A stretch of DNA of 59,042 bases, filler included. It is 7 parts of 7 records of this genome, joined end to end, with 100 filler letters (N's around TTAATTAATTAA, not from the genome) between each part and the next. Parts side by side here need not be neighbours in the genome. Positions count along the whole stretch, not along the records: positions 37,763 to 44,048 come from SRR31156797_41817; positions 44,149 to 59,042 come from SRR31156797_41825; 5 more parts are not named here. One strand, given 5' to 3'. Shown here one piece after another: positions 41,120 to 50,809 of the stretch. A model generated the notes under the pieces. It was not told the origin of the DNA. It searched no databases and saw only the letters and a program-made list of their open reading frames with translations. Every line of letters begins with the position of its first letter. The first letter of the stretch is position 1. Position numbers and translations under genes: made by a program.

Positions 41120-41168
41120 TATGGATTTGGCTGGTGTAGATTCCCTTTTTATTTAATCTTGCTTATCT

Positions 41169-41213
41169 GGGGCGTCTCACTTATCTGTTAAAGGAAGATA
41201 AGCAAGGCGCCCC
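41169..41213. terminator. Stem-loop between convergent genes
   Basis: GGGGCG..CTTATCT / AGATAAG..CGCCCC imperfect inverted repeat. Confidence 0.5.
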
Positions 41214-41257
41214 CAAAACTCAAGATCTTAGCTGTTTCGATCCGGTAAGCTTGTCGC

Positions 41258-42304
41258 TTATTTCTTTTCAACCCCGGCTTTCATATCCGCTCCCGGAACA
41301 GGAACGTATGCCCTGAGGATGCCGTAAAAAGGCTTGCCTGTAGGGATGCCGTTCAGGCCTTCACCAGTTGGGCTTAGAGTGATGGTGTAGGTTCCATCTT
41401 CGTTCTTTTTGGAGGTATAAGTGGTTCTATCGTAGATTTTCTTATCATTAGGAATAAGGAGTTTGTTATCAACACCGTAAATGGTCACGGAAAAATAACC
41501 GTCATCTTTAACAATATTTGCCGGTACGGTGACAACATACGTGTTCTTGCCGTTGAGCGGCTCCCCGGTGTCGTCTGTGAGGATTCCCCAGTATCGCACT
41601 GTATCAGGGGGCGTGCCGAGTTGCCCCAATCGCACGCCGGCTGCAAGGCTTAGCTCTCCAACATCTCCGGATTTCTTTCCAAAAGAGTCGTCCGGATTAG
41701 CAACAGTTGTCATGGCGTCAATGACCGTCAAGGCGTTTTTTTCAATCTCTGGAGAAAAACGTTGCACATTTCTCACCATGGCGCCCTTGCCGCCTTCCAT
41801 GGTGATTGCCTTGCTCAACCGGCGCACTTCATCCATATTGTCGACAACCACCATCCTGGTAAGCACAAGCCCCTGGTCTGTTTCCATCTCTACTATAATA
41901 AAATCTCCCTTTGGCTTCTTTTGCCCGGGGCGCTTAAGCAGAATCGGTTTTTCCGGATTTGTAATAACCGCTGGAATGTTGTGCTTCATGTCGAAGATGG
42001 ATACCGAGAAAAACTTATCATAGGTCGGAGTTCTCACGACGGCCGGCCCATCGGATAGTGAAAACCAGTTATATCCGTAATCAACGGTTGCTTGCGGTGT
42101 GACGACCGTGGCATCGGTCGGGTCGACTAATCCTGTAAAATGAAAAGCGCCTTTTTCATGTTTTTCGAGCCAGGCATTCATCATCTTAACTTGTTCCTGG
42201 TGAGGATATTCTCGAATATACTCTTCAATAGTGTCTAAAGCGAAAGCTGCTGTGGAAAAAGAAATGAGAAAAAACACTGCAATAATAGCAAAAATACGTT
42301 TCAT
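41258..42304 (-). CDS. Secreted DUF1254/DUF1214 protein
   Basis: Signal peptide from MKRIF, VVTP...D..Y, D..GEPLNG...Y, YFSVTIY, YGILRAYVP. Confidence 0.8.
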   Translation of the reverse strand: MKRIFAIIAVFFLISFSTAAFALDTIEEYIREYPHQEQVKMMNAWLEKHEKGAFHFTGLVDPTDATVVTPQATVDYGYNWFSLSDGPAVVRTPTYDKFFSVSIFDMKHNIPAVITNPEKPILLKRPGQKKPKGDFIIVEMETDQGLVLTRMVVVDNMDEVRRLSKAITMEGGKGAMVRNVQRFSPEIEKNALTVIDAMTTVANPDDSFGKKSGDVGELSLAAGVRLGQLGTPPDTVRYWGILTDDTGEPLNGKNTYVVTVPANIVKDDGYFSVTIYGVDNKLLIPNDKKIYDRTTYTSKKNEDGTYTITLSPTGEGLNGIPTGKPFYGILRAYVPVPGADMKAGVEKK

Positions 42305-42722
42305 CCAACTTCTCCTGTTTTGAATGTGATTCATATTAACTGATTCACAAATCAATTTCGATAATTTCGTTGATATCCAATAATGACGCATGAATGACTG
42401 GTAAAAATGCCCACAGTCAATTTTTAGATATAGCCAATTCAATGGTAAATTACCAGATTTAATTATCTGTATAGGAAACAGCTGAAAGATCCGGAATATG
42501 AAAGCGAAGCCGCCGGTCCGACATTTTTGCGATCTTACGAATTGCGGCGGCATCCCTTTTGTTAGATTTCCGCTTCGTAGGTAGCTTTAGCGCAGCATAA
42601 TCCAACAACTGAAGCGGATTCCCACACTCCGGCCCCTGGTTCTATCCTCAGGAGCATATTATAGGGCTTTATCTAAATATTCATCTATATAACAGCCGGC
42701 TAACCGTTCTTTGGATTTTTTA

Positions 42723-42770
42723 TTGACACGCATTTCCAGGTTGTATATATAACCATATACATGTAATGGT
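42723..42770 (+). promoter_or_regulatory. hutU promoter with HutC-like operator
   Basis: TTGACA at 42723; near-palindrome GGTTGTATATATAACC (42739-42754) resembling the TGTA-N2-TACA HutC site. Confidence 0.55.
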
Positions 42771-42905
42771 ATTTGATCTGCCAATTTAAAATATCGTCCG
42801 GGTTGTCGGTGAGCGACAACTGCAAACCGATAGACCGCTTTATTTAATCACGCCCCGCATGGGGTTAATCTCAAAAACCTAATAAAACCGGAGGCCGGAA
42901 GCCTT

Positions 42906-44048
42906 ATGGGAACTGCAGCCAAAGAACGATTAATTGAAGAGTTGAAGATAGGCAGCGGCGCGCCGCGTCCTGTCAAGGCCCCAACCGGAACGGACCTGCA
43001 CTGCAAGGGTTGGTATCAGGAAGCCGCCCTGCGCATGCTGTGCAACAACCTGGATCCCCGTAACGGTGAAAGGCCGGATGAGTTGATTGTTTACGGGGGG
43101 TATGGCAAGGCGGCCCGCAACTGGCAGTGTTTTGACGCCATCGTCCTGTCTTTGTTGAACCTGGAAAACGACGAAACCCTGCTAGTGGGGTCGGGCAAGC
43201 CGGTCGGCATCCTCAAGACTTATCCCCACTCGCCCAGGGTTATGATCGCCAATGCCAATATAGTGCCCAAATGGGCCGATTGGGATTATTTTCATGAGTT
43301 GGATAAAAAGGGACTGATTATGTATGGTCAGATGACCGCGGGGTCATGGATCTACATCGGCACCCAGGGCATTTTGCAGGGCACATATGAAACCTTTGCC
43401 GCATTGGGGGAAAAGCATTTTGGCTCATCCCTGGCCGGCAAGATCGTGCTGACCGGCGGTTTGGGAGGCATGGGCGGCGCCCAACCCCTTTCCGTGACCA
43501 TGAACGAAGGCGTGGCCATATGCGTGGAAGTGGATGATAACCGCATTCAAAGGCGGCTGGACACCAAATACCTGAACGTTATGACTTCGGATCCGGATGA
43601 GGCTATTCGGATGGGCAGGGAGGCTGCAGAAGCAAAAAGGCCGCTTTCCATAGGCCTGCTTGGCAATTGCGCCGAGGTTCTGCCTGCCATGATCGAAAAG
43701 GGATTTATTCCTGACGTGGTCACCGATCAGACTTCGGCCCACGATGAATTGAACGGTTACGTACCTCACGGCGTTTCATACTCTGAAGCCCTGGAGCTGC
43801 GAAGAAACGATCCTAAAAAATACACGGATATGGCTGTGGATTCCATGGCTGTGCATTGCCGGGCCATTTTGGAAATGCAACTAAAAGGCGCCGTTGCTTT
43901 TGACTACGGCAACAACCTCCGGGGCCAGGCATTGAAGCGCGGCGTGGACAACGCCCTGGATTATCCCGGATTCGTGCCGGCCTATATACGGGGATTGTTT
44001 TGCGACGGAGAAGGGCCTTTCCGTTGGGCCGCACTGTCCGGCGACCCG
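42906..44048 (+). CDS. hutU: Urocanate hydratase, 3'-truncated
   Basis: [72 protein letters not shown]. Confidence 0.97.
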
Positions 44049-44148
44049 NNNNNNNNNNNNNNNNNNNNNNNNNNNNNNNNNNNNNNNNNNNNTTAATTAA
44101 TTAANNNNNNNNNNNNNNNNNNNNNNNNNNNNNNNNNNNNNNNNNNNN
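44049..44148. other. Artificial contig spacer
   Basis: N/TTAATTAATTAA/N. Confidence 0.97.
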
Positions 44149-45904
44149 GCAGGTTGGTCTGGTCGGCAATATCGCTGACCACAGACATAATCCGCCCGAT
44201 ATCCTCAACCCGTACATTCATATCGTTGAGATTTTCCTTAAGCTGCTCACTCTGTTCCTTTACGCTGAAGATGGAATTGATGGCCTCACCGGTCATGGCC
44301 GCCCCTTTGTTGGCAGTCTCCATGGCTTCCCCGGCGCCGACTACAGCATCGGAGCAACTGCGGGCCACATCCTGAATGGACTGGGTCATCTGGTCGAGGG
44401 CGGAGGTTGATTCAGAGAGACTGCTCTGCTGTTCCCTGGCACGCTGGCTTGAGTCCTCAACATTAATGCTGATGTGCTCAGATGCATTTGAAAGCCCGCT
44501 GACGATCTGCTCAAGATTGCGAACCACATCGAGAACACCCTGCCTGCGCGCATCTTCAGCTTCCTTCTGGGCCTCGCTCAATCCTGCAAGAGCCTCACGT
44601 GCGGACTGGGCCTCACGCTCTGCAACAGCAGTTGCCTCTTCAACCTTTATCTTGTCTTTCTCAATAACATGCATCAGCCCGTTATATGCTCCGGCAAGAT
44701 CCCCCAGTTCACCATTGCCACTCTGTTCAATGCGATGGGTAAGATCCCCTTCTCCTGCGGCGAGGTTACGGCTGGTCATAGAAATCTCACCGATAATCCG
44801 GCGCAGCGGCTTGATAATCATCACCCGACTGAGCAGGATAAGCAGCAAGCCTATCAAAACCACAACTGCGCCCAGTACAGTAACTACATAGACCGCCCTC
44901 TGCTGAAGCAGGTTGTAGCTTTCAACCTGTTCCGCACGGATGGAGGATTCCAGACCCACGAGTTTTTCACGAGCTTCTTCCATGGATTGCATGGATTGCT
45001 TCATCTCAAGGCTGGTATTGTAGTAGGCTTTAAAAACATCGAGATACTCCCCGGTCAAGGCAACTATCTTCTTAAACAGCTTGGCCTCGCGCCCTTTGAC
45101 GAACAGTGGCGCAAACTGAGGGTATGAAGCACCCATACTTGAGTCCGGGTCGATACCCATCAATTTTTCAATATCAACTATCAGTCCCGACCCGCTGGCC
45201 GCATCTTTATAAAGAATAAAGTCTTTGGCCATTTCCTGAAAGCCGAGCGGCTTGTTGAGCAGAATGGTTGCAGCCTGCCGCTTGGCTGTAAGTTCATTCA
45301 GACCGTCGATGGAGGAAGCGAAGTTACGGGCAAGCTCAGCGTTATCCTGCCCAGCCTGCGGGGCAAGGGCCTGTTCCTGAAGAACGGTAATCTTCTTAGC
45401 CTGCTTTCTCGCCGTGCGAGCAATACTTTTCTGCAGTGAGAGAGCCTGTGCAAGAATTTCAACTGAAATTTCACGCAACCTTTTTACATGCCCGACTCCT
45501 TCATTGAACTGCCCCTGGAATTTATTAAACCCGCGATCAAAACTGTTAAACGAACTTTTCAACGCTGCGAGGGACCCGACCATTTGCGCATCGACACCGG
45601 AACTTGCCACAGCATCCAATCTTTCATTCATGCTCCGGGTCATCTTGGCGTAATTTTTCAGGACTTCCGGCTCTACACCATCTTCTTTCATGGAAAGCTC
45701 TTCACGGTGAGTCAACCAGTCAAGTGCTTCAGACTGAGCTTCAACACCTATACTGATTATCTCATCAAGATTATTGCGGGCTTCCATTTTTTCGGTCAAT
45801 TCCCGCAGCGTATAAATGGAAACACCGCCCAGACACAACGCGCAAAGCAGGAAAACCAGCATTCCTGCCACAATTTTATGCGATAACTTGAATGTATATT
45901 TCAT
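44149..45904 (-). CDS. Methyl-accepting chemotaxis protein, 3'-truncated
   Basis: Two TMs flanking a large periplasmic domain, HAMP (PL...GDLT.RI....ELG.L), signalling domain IADQTNL. Confidence 0.93.
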
Positions 45905-45924
45905 TTTCCAGCTCCCATTATTTA

Positions 45925-45943
45925 GAAAATGACTCTCATTTTC
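45925..45943. promoter_or_regulatory. Fur box 1
   Basis: GAAAATGA-CTC-TCATTTTC, 19 bp with perfect 8-3-8 dyad, 21 nt upstream of the MCP start. Confidence 0.7.
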
Positions 45944-45993
45944 ACTCTGTAGATATAATTGACATTGCTAAAAACAGCTTCAGCAGGAATAAT

Positions 45994-46012
45994 GAAAATG
46001 AGAATGCTTTTC
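45994..46012. promoter_or_regulatory. Fur box 2
   Basis: GAAAATGAGAATGCTTTTC. Confidence 0.55.
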
Positions 46013-46055
46013 AACTAAAATCGGGGATTAAAATCAAAATACGGCTATTTTTAAT

Positions 46056-46088
46056 AAAAACCCCTGCAATCTAAAGGATTGAAGGGGT
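46056..46088 (-). terminator. Intrinsic terminator after marR
   Basis: ACCCCT.CAATC-loop-GATTG.AGGGGT followed by TTTT on the minus strand. Confidence 0.65.
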
Positions 46089-46156
46089 CATGATTGCGAA
46101 CAAAAGTTTTCCACAGATGTTCATATAATGTTCGTAACCGGCAAAAAATACAGAAT

Positions 46157-46573
46157 TTAAAAAGTCCCGTTCATTTTTTCAATACAACCGAGCAAAATCA
46201 CTTTTTCCTCTTCAGAAAACTCTGAGGTCAGCTCTTCGATAAGCCGCAAATGAAGACGGTCATGTTCCTCAAACATTTCCTGCCCGGTTTCGGTAAGCTC
46301 AACAATAATTGAACGGCGGTCGGTCTGGTGTGGCTTACGGCAGACAAACTTTTTGTCCTCAAGCCGGTCCACCAACACAGTCAGAGTTCCGGTGGTGATG
46401 CCCATACGCTGGGCCAGCTCCTTCATACGCATGGCTTTATGGATGCCCAGCACCTCAAGAGTATGCATCTGGGGCAGGGTCAGCCCTTTTTCCCGGACCA
46501 CATCATGCTCCCATGAAGAAAGCTTTTCATAAAATTCAATCACCGCATGGTTGAGCTTCTGGAGCACATCCAC
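46157..46573 (-). CDS. MarR-family regulator
   Basis: LT.PQ..., MKELA..MGIT..TLT.LVDRLE, DRRS..VELT..G. Confidence 0.92.
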   Translation of the reverse strand: MDVLQKLNHAVIEFYEKLSSWEHDVVREKGLTLPQMHTLEVLGIHKAMRMKELAQRMGITTGTLTVLVDRLEDKKFVCRKPHQTDRRSIIVELTETGQEMFEEHDRLHLRLIEELTSEFSEEEKVILLGCIEKMNGTF

Positions 46574-46582
46574 CTCGTAAAT

Positions 46583-47290
46583 TTATATAGTTGTATAACT
46601 GTAGAAAGCAAAAGCAATGGTCATCACCCCGGCAGTACGCATGACCATCGGCTCCACCCAATCCTGCTCAAGGGTGCGTACAAATGATGCCGCCCGGTAA
46701 ATGGCATAGATTACCGTCGCAAGGGCAATAGCAGTTCCCACTGCATAGCTGGCAAAAACCGCAGTCCCCTTAAAAACACTGCCGGAATCAAGGGCGTATT
46801 TATACATGATCGCCACTGTGGGGCAAGGCACGACCATATTCACAAACCCAATGGAGAACAGGCCCCAGAAAGTCACACTGCGCAAAGTTGACTTCCCGTA
46901 ACTACATGAACACCCGCAGCTGTGATGAGAATGACTGTGTTCATGGGCGTGGTCATGGGCGTGGTCGTGACTGTGTAGCAATTCCGGTTTAATGATCAGG
47001 ATTGTCCCCAGAATGACCAGAATAACCACAGTTATGATATCCACGATGTATGTCAGCGAGTCCGGGATGGTCAAGGAAATGGACCCCAAGGTCAGCCCAA
47101 TAATCAGACAAGCCAGCGTAGTTCCAAGGATGAATGCGCTGGTCAATGAAAAGACCCGCTTGCCGTTCTTCTCTCCGTAGACAAAGGGAGCCAACACCAG
47201 CCATGAGTGACCGCAGGGGTTAATTCCGTGAATAAGCCCCAGAAATAGGCTGGACTGCATGGCGACCAGAAAGATTGAATCAAAATCCAT
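46583..47290 (-). CDS. His-rich membrane protein (UreH/DsbD_2/NicO-like putative metal transporter)
   Basis: GLIHGINPCGH, loop HSHDHAHDHAHEHSHSHHSCGCSC, VPCP; about 6 TMs. Start MDFD behind GGAG. Confidence 0.75.
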   Translation of the reverse strand: MDFDSIFLVAMQSSLFLGLIHGINPCGHSWLVLAPFVYGEKNGKRVFSLTSAFILGTTLACLIIGLTLGSISLTIPDSLTYIVDIITVVILVILGTILIIKPELLHSHDHAHDHAHEHSHSHHSCGCSCSYGKSTLRSVTFWGLFSIGFVNMVVPCPTVAIMYKYALDSGSVFKGTAVFASYAVGTAIALATVIYAIYRAASFVRTLEQDWVEPMVMRTAGVMTIAFAFYSYTTI

Positions 47291-47303
47291 TTTGAACTCC
47301 ATA

Positions 47304-47370
47304 TAGTTTGAAAATCAAATTAAACTCTTTTCAAACTACCTAGCTCCAAATTAATTTGAGTGTCAAACTA
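47304..47370. promoter_or_regulatory. Two 19-bp palindromic operators (probable MarR sites)
   Basis: TAGTTTGA-AAA-TCAAATTA (47304-47322) and TAATTTGA-GTG-TCAAACTA (47352-47370). Confidence 0.7.
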
Positions 47371-47400
47371 TTTGTGAGGCAAATTAAACACCGTAACGGC

Positions 47401-47437
47401 AAAAAAAAGGCCCGTCCGAATCCAATCAGATGGGCCT
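47401..47437 (-). terminator. Intrinsic terminator after the amidohydrolase
   Basis: AGGCCCATCTGA...TCGGACGGGCC followed by T8 on the minus strand. Confidence 0.7.
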
Positions 47438-47466
47438 ACTGTGGATGTACCGTGTTGTATGGAAGA

Positions 47467-48588
47467 CTATTCTATTGTCACCCCATAAACCTGTTCAGCA
47501 TTTTCATAAGCGATCTTTTCCGCTACCTCGGCGGGCAGCTGGCCCAATACAATCCGGCTTATGAACACATGGGTCGTATAATCCTGCCAGAGCTTCTTCA
47601 TGTGTGCGTCGGTGGCGGCAAGTATACGGTCCTGATGTTTAATCAGTATTTCGCGCCATTCCGGTTTCAAGGACAATCCTACAAGCATAGCCGATCCGGT
47701 CATAGCCAGTTTGCCGGAATCACGGAAGTTGTCCATTTTGACCGCCTTTTTGGACATGGTCATATAAACGTTGTTATGGCGGCTCAAAAATTCGTCCACT
47801 TGCTGTGGCGAACCGAAAGCCATATGCGGGATGATGAATATTTGATCCGGCCAGCGCTCATACAAGGCATGGAAACGATGGAAATCCCTTTGCGGAGCGT
47901 AAACCTCAAAATGGGTCATGAGCGGTATTTTCTTTTCCGCCAAGCGTGACAAGAAGCGGTCCGTACCCGGTAGTGAGGGGTCGGTATAACGTTCCCCGGA
48001 AGCATAGCTGGCACCTGATTTTTTGTCTCCGTGAGTGTAAAGGATCTCGCCCACGAATTTATATCCGTGTTTGTCTATGCCCTTAAACATGGCAGAGGCA
48101 TAATCATCGCCAATGTCTTTTTTATGGCGAAAATATTTAGGTGCGCCGAGAATGATCAGATCTTTATTGTCGGAAGCTATCCGCAACACAGCACGTTCAT
48201 TCTGGCCCAGCTTCTTTCTGCTGCGGGCAAAAAGAGCCAACTTATCCACACCTGCTTCACGCACCCTTTCAATGGCCCTGCCCATAGACACTTTTTCATC
48301 TATCTGGCTCATGGCATCGAAATAGGGCCCCGTGTAGAACCCGACTTCTTCAGGAAGTTTTTCGTTCAATTTGAGCAGACAATGGACGTAATATTTATCG
48401 GCCTTAACGGCTCTGGAACTGTCTCCGGGATCAAGGCCACTCTCAAGTCTTGCAAGAATATCCCGCCCCGTTTTTTGGCTTATGCATTCGCGCATTGCCG
48501 GACTAAGGCCACTGTATGCCGGAAAGGAGTTGGCAAAGACCGGGGAACTAAACAGAATTAACAGTACGCAAAGGACGAATCTTTTCAT
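47467..48588 (-). CDS. Exported amidohydrolase-fold protein
   Basis: Signal peptide from MKRF, VGEI, THFE, PHMAF, DRIL.ATD, AEKIAYENA. Confidence 0.7.
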   Translation of the reverse strand: MKRFVLCVLLILFSSPVFANSFPAYSGLSPAMRECISQKTGRDILARLESGLDPGDSSRAVKADKYYVHCLLKLNEKLPEEVGFYTGPYFDAMSQIDEKVSMGRAIERVREAGVDKLALFARSRKKLGQNERAVLRIASDNKDLIILGAPKYFRHKKDIGDDYASAMFKGIDKHGYKFVGEILYTHGDKKSGASYASGERYTDPSLPGTDRFLSRLAEKKIPLMTHFEVYAPQRDFHRFHALYERWPDQIFIIPHMAFGSPQQVDEFLSRHNNVYMTMSKKAVKMDNFRDSGKLAMTGSAMLVGLSLKPEWREILIKHQDRILAATDAHMKKLWQDYTTHVFISRIVLGQLPAEVAEKIAYENAEQVYGVTIE

Positions 48589-48660
48589 GCTCTCTCCCAT
48601 AGGTTTACTGTATTTAAAATACACTTTCTGCGGGAGGCAGGCCAGATTCTTTTTAAACAG

Positions 48661-49125
48661 TTAGCGTGCTATCTCAGCAAAAAGACCGCGCAGCAAGACA
48701 GCAAGATCCTGCGGACTTAATTCAATATCCAATCCACGCTTACCGCCGCTGACATAAATTGTTTCAAAACTTTCTGCGGATGCATCAATTACGGTAGGTA
48801 ATAACTTTTTCTGGCCCAACGGACTTACCCCGCCTACTACGTATCCGGTGGTGCGTTCCACCAACTTTACGTCAGCCATGGCTATTTTCTTGACCTTAAC
48901 GGCCTTGGCTAATGATTTAAGGTCGAGCATTTTCATTACCGGAACTACTGCTACGAAAAGGTCGCGCCCGCTTCCGGCTACCAGCGTCTTGAAAACACGC
49001 TCCGGGTCAACGCCCAGCTTTTCCGCTGCTTCCTTGCCGTAAGCCTCGGCAGACGGATCATGTTCATATTCGTGAACCTTAAACGTAATTTTCTTTTTTT
49101 TGGCGATATTAATTGCAGGTGTCAT
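48661..49125 (-). CDS. ybaK: Cys-tRNA(Pro) deacylase
   Basis: MTPA, FKTLV, TGYVVGGVSPLGQKK, VSGGKRGL. Confidence 0.93.
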   Translation of the reverse strand: MTPAINIAKKKKITFKVHEYEHDPSAEAYGKEAAEKLGVDPERVFKTLVAGSGRDLFVAVVPVMKMLDLKSLAKAVKVKKIAMADVKLVERTTGYVVGGVSPLGQKKLLPTVIDASAESFETIYVSGGKRGLDIELSPQDLAVLLRGLFAEIAR

Positions 49126-49167
49126 GGGAGCTTTTTACACAAGGAGGGTAAGGCTTGGCAAGACGCC

Positions 49168-49965
49168 TTAAGCCAGCATTTTATCGACGAATCCCTGCGG
49201 GGTTATTTCTTCCAGCTGCAAACCGAAATGGGCACTCAATTGCACAACCTGCGGGGGAAGCAGTCCGCAGCGCCCGAGCAAATCATTATTCATAAACAGG
49301 TCCGCGACCTTGCCGTCAAACTGCTTTGTCCCACTCTCAAGACAAATGGCCCTTGAACAATTTTCAGCCACAAAATCCATATCATGGCTGATAATCACAA
49401 CTGTCCGGCCAGCTTCTTTGAGCTTTGAAATTTCATTCTCAAGCAGACCGATTTCACAGGGATCAAGTCCGGCAGTAGGTTCATCGAAAACCACTATTTC
49501 CGTATCCATTGCCAATACCGATCCCATGACCAAACGCTTACGTTCGCTGAAGCCAAGATCATGGGGATTACAATCCTTCATTTCCAGCAATCCCAGCGAA
49601 GTTAGAAATTTCTCACCCAGCTTTTGGATACGTTCAGGGTCATAGCCAATATTTTTCGGCCCGAAAGTGACTTCATCCCAAACGGTTGCCTTGCAGATCT
49701 GATCATCAGGATTCTGGAAAAGCATGGCAACCATTCCAGCCAGCCGCGAAATTTTCTCATCTGCAGCTGAAAGACCATTCACTTTCACGCTGCCGCTTGT
49801 TGGATGCAGCAGGCCGTTAAAATGACGGACCAATGTACTTTTGCCGGAGCCGTTGTGTCCCAACAGGGCCACGATTTCTCTCTGATTCAAGGTCAGCGAA
49901 ACATCTCTAAGGGCTTCCACACCGGACTCATAACGAAAGGACAGATTCGTTACCTCAATTGTCAT
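49168..49965 (-). CDS. ECF transporter ATPase (A')
   Basis: GHNGSGKST, FQNPDDQI, FDEPTAGLD, ISHDMD; start MTIEV. Confidence 0.9.
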   Translation of the reverse strand: MTIEVTNLSFRYESGVEALRDVSLTLNQREIVALLGHNGSGKSTLVRHFNGLLHPTSGSVKVNGLSAADEKISRLAGMVAMLFQNPDDQICKATVWDEVTFGPKNIGYDPERIQKLGEKFLTSLGLLEMKDCNPHDLGFSERKRLVMGSVLAMDTEIVVFDEPTAGLDPCEIGLLENEISKLKEAGRTVVIISHDMDFVAENCSRAICLESGTKQFDGKVADLFMNNDLLGRCGLLPPQVVQLSAHFGLQLEEITPQGFVDKMLA

Positions 49966-50809
49966 GGCGAACCTCCAGCCCTTCAATCACTTCGCCGAAA
50001 GTAGTAGCCAATGTCCGCCCTCCAGCCCAACGATCACGGTTCCGGGCCAATTCGGAAACCTTGCTGAAACGGGTCCAGTCCAACCCTATTTCCTTGAGCA
50101 ACGGAGAAACAAGGATCTCTGCTGGCGGTCCGTCCAGCAACACTCTTCCTTCATGCAAGGCTATGACCCGGTCAGCATAATAAGCAATGCTCTCCATCCG
50201 CTGTTCTGCGAGCACAATGGTTTTCCCCTTACTACGCAGACCATACAAAATTTCAAAAACCTGCTTCGCAGCCAGCGGATCAAGAAAAGTAGTTGGCTCA
50301 TCAAGGACAAGCACAGGAGTCTCACAGGCCAAAGCCGAAGCAAGAGCCACTTTCTGCAACTGCCCCCCGGAAAGATGATGAGGAGAACGCTTTGCCAAAT
50401 CTAAAATTCCGGTCAAAGCCAATGCATCATCAACCCGCTGTAAAATCTCATCACGTTGCACACCCCGGTTCTCTAGGCTGAAGCCCACTTCCTCGGCAAC
50501 GGTGAAATGGATACCGGAAAGCTGCCGTTCAGGATGCTGCATGACCAAGGCCACAGATTCGGACAATTCTGCCAACGGAACTTCGGCGATATTCTGAGCA
50601 CATACCCGGACACTACCATCCATCGTGCCATGGTAAAGCTGAGGGACTGCCCCGCACAAGGCATTACAAAGCGTAGACCTGCCGCTGTTGTTGGCCCCGA
50701 TCAGAGCCACAAATTCACCGGCTTCAATTTTCAGGTCCAGATTACTCAGAACCGGACGGGATGAAGCAGTATAACTGTATGAAAATTTCTCGATTTCAAT
50801 AAGAGACAT
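49955..50809 (-). CDS. ECF transporter ATPase (A)
   Basis: GANNSGRST (variant Walker A), LSGGQ, LDEPT. Confidence 0.88.
   Translation of the reverse strand: MSLIEIEKFSYSYTASSRPVLSNLDLKIEAGEFVALIGANNSGRSTLCNALCGAVPQLYHGTMDGSVRVCAQNIAEVPLAELSESVALVMQHPERQLSGIHFTVAEEVGFSLENRGVQRDEILQRVDDALALTGILDLAKRSPHHLSGGQLQKVALASALACETPVLVLDEPTTFLDPLAAKQVFEILYGLRSKGKTIVLAEQRMESIAYYADRVIALHEGRVLLDGPPAEILVSPLLKEIGLDWTRFSKVSELARNRDRWAGGRTLATTFGEVIEGLEVRHDN

Noticed and set aside
42480-42570. Integron attC site ending in GTTAGAT
   Set aside because: No matching RYYYAAC inverse core at a suitable distance and no cassette array.
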